Shown here: positions 60,187 to 64,000 of the stretch, one piece after another
Layout of the letters: every line of letters starts with the position of its first letter
How positions within the stretch are numbered: the stretch's first letter is position 1
Assembly (NCBI GenBank): GCA_049695995.1
Contig: JBAVTF010000137.1
Location: 107 to 64,106 of the forward strand
DNA: 64,000 bases
Direction: 5' to 3'
Origin: Pirellulales bacterium
GTDB taxonomy: Bacteria > Planctomycetota > Planctomycetia > Pirellulales > UBA1268
The notes under the pieces: model-generated
The model's input: the letters and a program-made list of their open reading frames with translations, nothing else
The model's database searches: none
What the model was told of the DNA's origin: nothing
Program-made: the position numbers and the translations under genes

Positions 60187-61523
60187 CTCACCACGATTTG
60201 GTTTCGGCACTCGTCGTCGCCCAACTCGCCGCCCCTGCGGCCGCGCTCGTCGCCATCGGCCTGCCGGCGCTGCTCGGCCACCCCCTGTCGGAAAGGCTCA
60301 CGCGGCGGAGCGTCGCCACCGGCTTTGCCGTGGGCTTCCTTGCCGCAGCCGCCACGCTCGCGCTCGTGGCCGCCCGTGGCTGGCGGGCCGAGATCGTCAA
60401 CGTGGGCACCTGGTTCGTCATCGGCCACCACGAGCACACGATCAACCTCGTGGCCGACCCGCTCTCCACGCCCTACGTCTGTTTCTCCACCGGCCTGTGC
60501 TGGCTCGTGAACGCATTTGCCGGAAAGTACCTGCACCGGGAGCCGGGGTTCACGCGGTTCTTCGTTCTCCTGGCGCTGTTCGGCACGGGCATGAACCTGA
60601 TGGTGCTCGCCGACAGCATCGACGTCTTGTTCGTGGGCTGGGAATGCCTCGGTATCTCCTCGGCCCTGCTCATCGGCTTCTTCCACGAGCGGCGCAACGC
60701 CATCGATGCGGCGCTGCGTGCCTACACGACGTACCGCGTGTGCGACGTGGGCCTGCTCGTGGCGAGCGTCGTCGTGCATCGGGCCGTGGGCTCAGGGGCG
60801 TTCGAGCGGCTGTTCACGACCGACTGGCCTGATGGAAATTGCCTGCTGCCTCAGGCGACGGCGTCGGTCGTGGCCCTCCTGCTCGTCTTCGCGGCGCTCG
60901 GCAAGACCGCCCAGGTGCCGTTTTCGGCCTGGCTCCCCAGGGCGATGGAAGGCCCGACACCGTCGAGCGCGATCTTCTACGGCGCGTTGTCGATCCATGC
61001 CGGCGCCTACGTGCTCCTCAGGTGCGGGCCGCTCCTCGACGAGGCACCGCTGGCCCGCGGGGCATTGCTGGTGATCGGTGCCGGCTCCGCCCTGCACGCG
61101 GCGGTGGTGGGCCGGGTGCAGACCGACCTCAAGAGCATGCTCGCCTATGCCTCGATGGCCCAGGCCTCGCTGATCCTTGTCGAGATCGGTCTTGGGTGGC
61201 GGCTCATTCCGCTCGTGCACGTGGTGAGCCATGCGATCCTGCGCAGTCTCCAGATCCTGCGGTCCCCATCGGCGCTGCACGACCGCCATGAGCTCGAGGC
61301 AGCGATCGGCGGTCCCGTATTGAGTGGAGGCTCGGGGCTCGTCGGCCTCCTGCCGGAAGGCTGGCAGGTCCGGCTCTATCGAATCGCCCTCGACCGCGGA
61401 TTCGAGGAGATGGCTGTCGGGCGGTTCGTGGTCGCACCGGTGATGGCGGCACTCCGTCGAGCGGCGGCCATCGAGAACGCCTGGATCGCCTGGCTGGCCG
61501 GCGAACATGGAGGACGACCGTGA
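60183..61523 (+). CDS. dabB: NuoL/ND5-like proton-conducting membrane subunit (DabB-like)
   Basis: GTG overlaps the dabA stop (GTGA). GKTAQVPFSAWLPRAMEGPTPSSAIFYGALSIHAGAYVLLR and LKSMLAYASMAQASL are the PF00361-type core motifs. 446 aa. Confidence 0.85.
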   Translation: MTHHDLVSALVVAQLAAPAAALVAIGLPALLGHPLSERLTRRSVATGFAVGFLAAAATLALVAARGWRAEIVNVGTWFVIGHHEHTINLVADPLSTPYVCFSTGLCWLVNAFAGKYLHREPGFTRFFVLLALFGTGMNLMVLADSIDVLFVGWECLGISSALLIGFFHERRNAIDAALRAYTTYRVCDVGLLVASVVVHRAVGSGAFERLFTTDWPDGNCLLPQATASVVALLLVFAALGKTAQVPFSAWLPRAMEGPTPSSAIFYGALSIHAGAYVLLRCGPLLDEAPLARGALLVIGAGSALHAAVVGRVQTDLKSMLAYASMAQASLILVEIGLGWRLIPLVHVVSHAILRSLQILRSPSALHDRHELEAAIGGPVLSGGSGLVGLLPEGWQVRLYRIALDRGFEEMAVGRFVVAPVMAALRRAAAIENAWIAWLAGEHGGRP

Positions 61524-63001
61524 TGCCCGCCGAATCGAACGTCGTCCTGGCGCTCGCGGCGGTGACCGTCGGGCTGCCAGTGTGTGCCGCGGCCGTCGTC
61601 GTCACCGGCGCATGCGATCGCAGGCTGCGGGACGTCGCCGTCGCAGCGCTGCTCGCCGCACTGCTCGCCGCCGGCGGCGTGACCATGACGTGGAACCTCG
61701 CCGGCGGCCGCCCGATCACGATTGGCAGCCAACTCGCCGGTGGATCACTCGTCGCCATCGACGGCCTCTCGACGCTGCTGATGCCCTACGCGGCGTTTGT
61801 CTCGCTGGCCATCCTGCTCGCGGCTCCCCGTCGGGCTCTCGATGCCGCGGGGGTCGCCCGCACGCTCGCGGGCACCGGTGCGACGCTGGCGATGTTCGCC
61901 ACCTCGCACCCGTTCGCGATCCTCGCTCTCTGGCTGGTAACCGCCGCCCTCACGTGGGTCTCCACCCGCGCAACGCCGGGAGGCCGCGGCGCGGCCCGGG
62001 TTTTCGCCATCGCCATGACGACGGCCACGGCGGCCATGACGGTCGGCACCGGCCTGCTCATCAGCGATCCGCCGTGGGAGCGGGCAAGCGGACCGCTCGG
62101 CATCGCGGGGGGCTGGCTCGTCGCCGTCGCCGTGATGATCCGCAAGGGCATCGTTCCATTTCACTCCTGGTATCCGGCGCTGTTCAGCGGGGCCCCGATG
62201 TCGGCGGCGCTCGCGGCCACCATGCCCCAGGTGGCGGCCTACTCCGCCGTGCGGCTGCTCATCGGCCACGTCGATCATGCCGCGGGTCTCGCGCCGGAAC
62301 TGGAGTTCCTTTCCAACGTCGCCCTCGTGACCGCCGTCTACGGCGCGGCCCTGGCACTCGTACAACGCGAGCTGCGCGGGTTCATCGGCTTTCTCGCCAT
62401 GAGCCAGTCGGCGATGGTGCTGGCCGGCCTTTCGGGCACGCTCCCGCTGGAGCTGTCCGGCGCCCTCTGCGTCTGGATCTCGAGCGGCCTGTCGCTCACG
62501 GGCATCGGACTTGTGACCTGGGCACTCGAAAGCCGGGCCGGGCCGATCCGCCTCGACACGCCCCAGGGCCGGTTCTGGGACGCACCGGCGCTGGCTGCCT
62601 TCTTCCTGCTCTTCGGCCTCGCCGGGAGCGGCCTCCCTGGCACGCTCTCATTCGTGGCCGACGACCTGATCGTGTCGGGCAGCCTCGATGAGAAGCTGTA
62701 CGGCGGCCTGCTCGTCACCGCCTCGACGGTGCTGTCTGGAATCGCGGTGATGCGCTGCTGGTTCTTCGTGTTCGGCGGCCCGACCGCTCTTGATGGGCCG
62801 CGTCACGCGATCCTCCGCCGCGAGCAGCTGGCGCTCTCGGCCCTGCTCCTCACGCTGTTCGCGCTCGGCCTCGTTCCCGATCCCTTGGTTCGGGCCATTG
62901 ACAGAGCTGCTGAACAGCTCCTCCATCCCGTGTCTGCCACCTCCATTTTCCCTGCCTCCGTTTCCTCCTCTAACGTTCCCCAGGAGATTGCCACGCCATG
63001 A
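61520..63001 (+). CDS. second antiporter-like (NuoM/NuoN/MrpD-like) membrane subunit
   Basis: GTGATG start overlaps the upstream stop. About 14 TM. KGIVPFHSWYPALFSGAPMSAALAATMPQVAAYSAVRLL and LRGFIGFLAMSQSAMVLAGL resemble diverged PF00361 motifs. Confidence 0.7.
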   Translation: MMPAESNVVLALAAVTVGLPVCAAAVVVTGACDRRLRDVAVAALLAALLAAGGVTMTWNLAGGRPITIGSQLAGGSLVAIDGLSTLLMPYAAFVSLAILLAAPRRALDAAGVARTLAGTGATLAMFATSHPFAILALWLVTAALTWVSTRATPGGRGAARVFAIAMTTATAAMTVGTGLLISDPPWERASGPLGIAGGWLVAVAVMIRKGIVPFHSWYPALFSGAPMSAALAATMPQVAAYSAVRLLIGHVDHAAGLAPELEFLSNVALVTAVYGAALALVQRELRGFIGFLAMSQSAMVLAGLSGTLPLELSGALCVWISSGLSLTGIGLVTWALESRAGPIRLDTPQGRFWDAPALAAFFLLFGLAGSGLPGTLSFVADDLIVSGSLDEKLYGGLLVTASTVLSGIAVMRCWFFVFGGPTALDGPRHAILRREQLALSALLLTLFALGLVPDPLVRAIDRAAEQLLHPVSATSIFPASVSSSNVPQEIATP

Positions 63002-64000
63002 CGCCGTTCCTTGCATGCCCATCCCTGCTTGGCTCACTCCCGCCTGCGGTTCTGGCGATCGCCTCGGCCGATCAGCTTGCCCGAATCCTCGAGTCGCTCG
63101 AGCGCAATCTCCTCACGCCGATCCCGCTCTGCTTCGTGCTGGGCATCATCTGCACGCGGATCCACGGCGGCATCAAGATCCCGAAGGAGCTCTATCTCTC
63201 GATCGCCATCTTTTTGCTGATGTCGATCGGCTTCGTCGGTGGCCACGAGCTGGCCCACGAGTATCAGGCCCACGGCGTCTCCACGATCTGGAAGCCGGCG
63301 CTGGCAACGCTCTTTCTCGGCTGCCTGACCCCGATCACGTCGTTTCTCGTGCTCCGGTATCTCGGCCGCCTGTCGATCGCGGATTCGGCGGGTATCGCGG
63401 CCCACTACGGCAGCACGTCGGCCGTTACCTACGCCGTCGCCAATTCGTTCGTGGAACAGACCCAGCATCCGGCCAACAGCTTTCTGCCGACGCTTGTCAC
63501 GATCCTCGAATGCCCCGGCATCGCGATCGCGCTCGTACTGGGGGCGGCGCTCATGGCCCAGGAACGGGCCGCCAAGGCGGGAGCCCGGGGAGGGAAAGCG
63601 CGGGAAGGCAAGCTCGGAGAGGCGCTGTACGAGGTGATGACCGGGCAATCGATCATGCTCATGGCCGGACTGCTCGTGATCGGCTTCATCTCGACCATGT
63701 TCATGTCTGAGCAGGCGTTCCAGCCCTTCTACGACTTCTTCCAGAGCAAGGGCATGCTGTTCCGCGGCGCGCTCTGCATCTTTCTCCTCGAGATGGGGCT
63801 CGTGGCAGGCGAACGCCTCGGCGACCTCTTGAAGGTCGGACCGTTCCTCGTGGCGTTCGGCATCGGTATCGCCCTCGTGCACGGGTTCCTCGGCGCCTAT
63901 TTCGGCCATCTTGCCGGCCTCAACCTCGGCGGCTGCACGGTGCTCGCCGCGATCGTGGCCAGCGCCTCCTACATCGCCGCACCCCCCGCCGTGCGGCTCA
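62998..64000 (+). CDS. sbtA: SbtA-type sodium-dependent bicarbonate transporter family permease (3' partial, runs off the window)
   Basis: Not in the ORF track because there is no stop in the window. I translated it by hand from ATG 62998, which overlaps the upstream stop (ATGA). IAAHYGSTSAVTYA, FYDFFQSKGMLFRGALCIFLLEMGL and LVHGFLGAYFGHLAGLNLGGCTVLAAIVASASYIAAPPAVR align closely with my recollection of cyanobacterial SbtA. Confidence 0.85.
   Translation, partial: MTPFLACPSLLGSLPPAVLAIASADQLARILESLERNLLTPIPLCFVLGIICTRIHGGIKIPKELYLSIAIFLLMSIGFVGGHELAHEYQAHGVSTIWKPALATLFLGCLTPITSFLVLRYLGRLSIADSAGIAAHYGSTSAVTYAVANSFVEQTQHPANSFLPTLVTILECPGIAIALVLGAALMAQERAAKAGARGGKAREGKLGEALYEVMTGQSIMLMAGLLVIGFISTMFMSEQAFQPFYDFFQSKGMLFRGALCIFLLEMGLVAGERLGDLLKVGPFLVAFGIGIALVHGFLGAYFGHLAGLNLGGCTVLAAIVASASYIAAPPAVRL

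Noticed and set aside
63034-63909. 291-aa minus-strand ORF, and plus-strand ORF 62790..63710
   Set aside because: Both overlap the hand-translated SbtA-like frame, which has clear family motifs and an ATGA coupling to the upstream gene. Their translations are Arg/Glu/Asp-rich, typical of wrong-frame readings of GC-rich membrane genes.

Overview
No searches or computations were run. All functional calls rest on motifs I recognise in the supplied translations, and all coordinates were hand-checked against the sequence. The window is a very GC-rich bacterial chromosomal segment (by eye high-60s % GC, not computed). Several protein features suggest Planctomycetota, which is an inference: an Arg-rich N-terminus followed by LENRRLLA on a giant secreted protein, a long acidic N-extension on NusG, a standalone RpoA alpha-CTD paralog, and an exosortase/EpsI locus.

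Gene content, left to right:
- modABC
- a 1385-aa Cys-free repetitive protein
- a phosphodiesterase-family gene with tRNA-Ser
- an M28-PDZ peptidase
- a PPIase / hypothetical / scpB / poly-acidic-protein operon
- a glycosyltransferase, rdgB, an XRE regulator, ygfZ, a NUDIX gene and a UPF0104 membrane protein
- an exosortase EPS locus (xrt, chain-length/BY-kinase, epsI, gmd, fcl)
- uvrD/pcrA
- a tightly coupled 4-gene operon of unknown function (alpha-CTD-like, DUF3592 membrane protein, arrestin-like protein, P-loop)
- polX
- CHAD plus FGE directly behind rpoC
- the conserved block tRNA-Thr/Tyr/Gly/Thr-tuf-tRNA-Trp-secE-nusG-rplKAJL-rpoBC
- a response regulator-PP2C / DUF2294 / csrA / DUF2294 operon, divergent from a third DUF2294 gene
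- a translationally chained dabA, NuoL-like, NuoM/N-like and sbtA-like inorganic-carbon cluster that runs off the right edge

Three families of short intergenic repeats are present. One has MITE-like terminal inverted repeats, and one copy of it carries a nested insertion of the second family.

The most interesting candidates are the DAB/SbtA cluster with its CsrA/DUF2294/PP2C neighbourhood, and the 29.8-32.5 kb four-gene operon.
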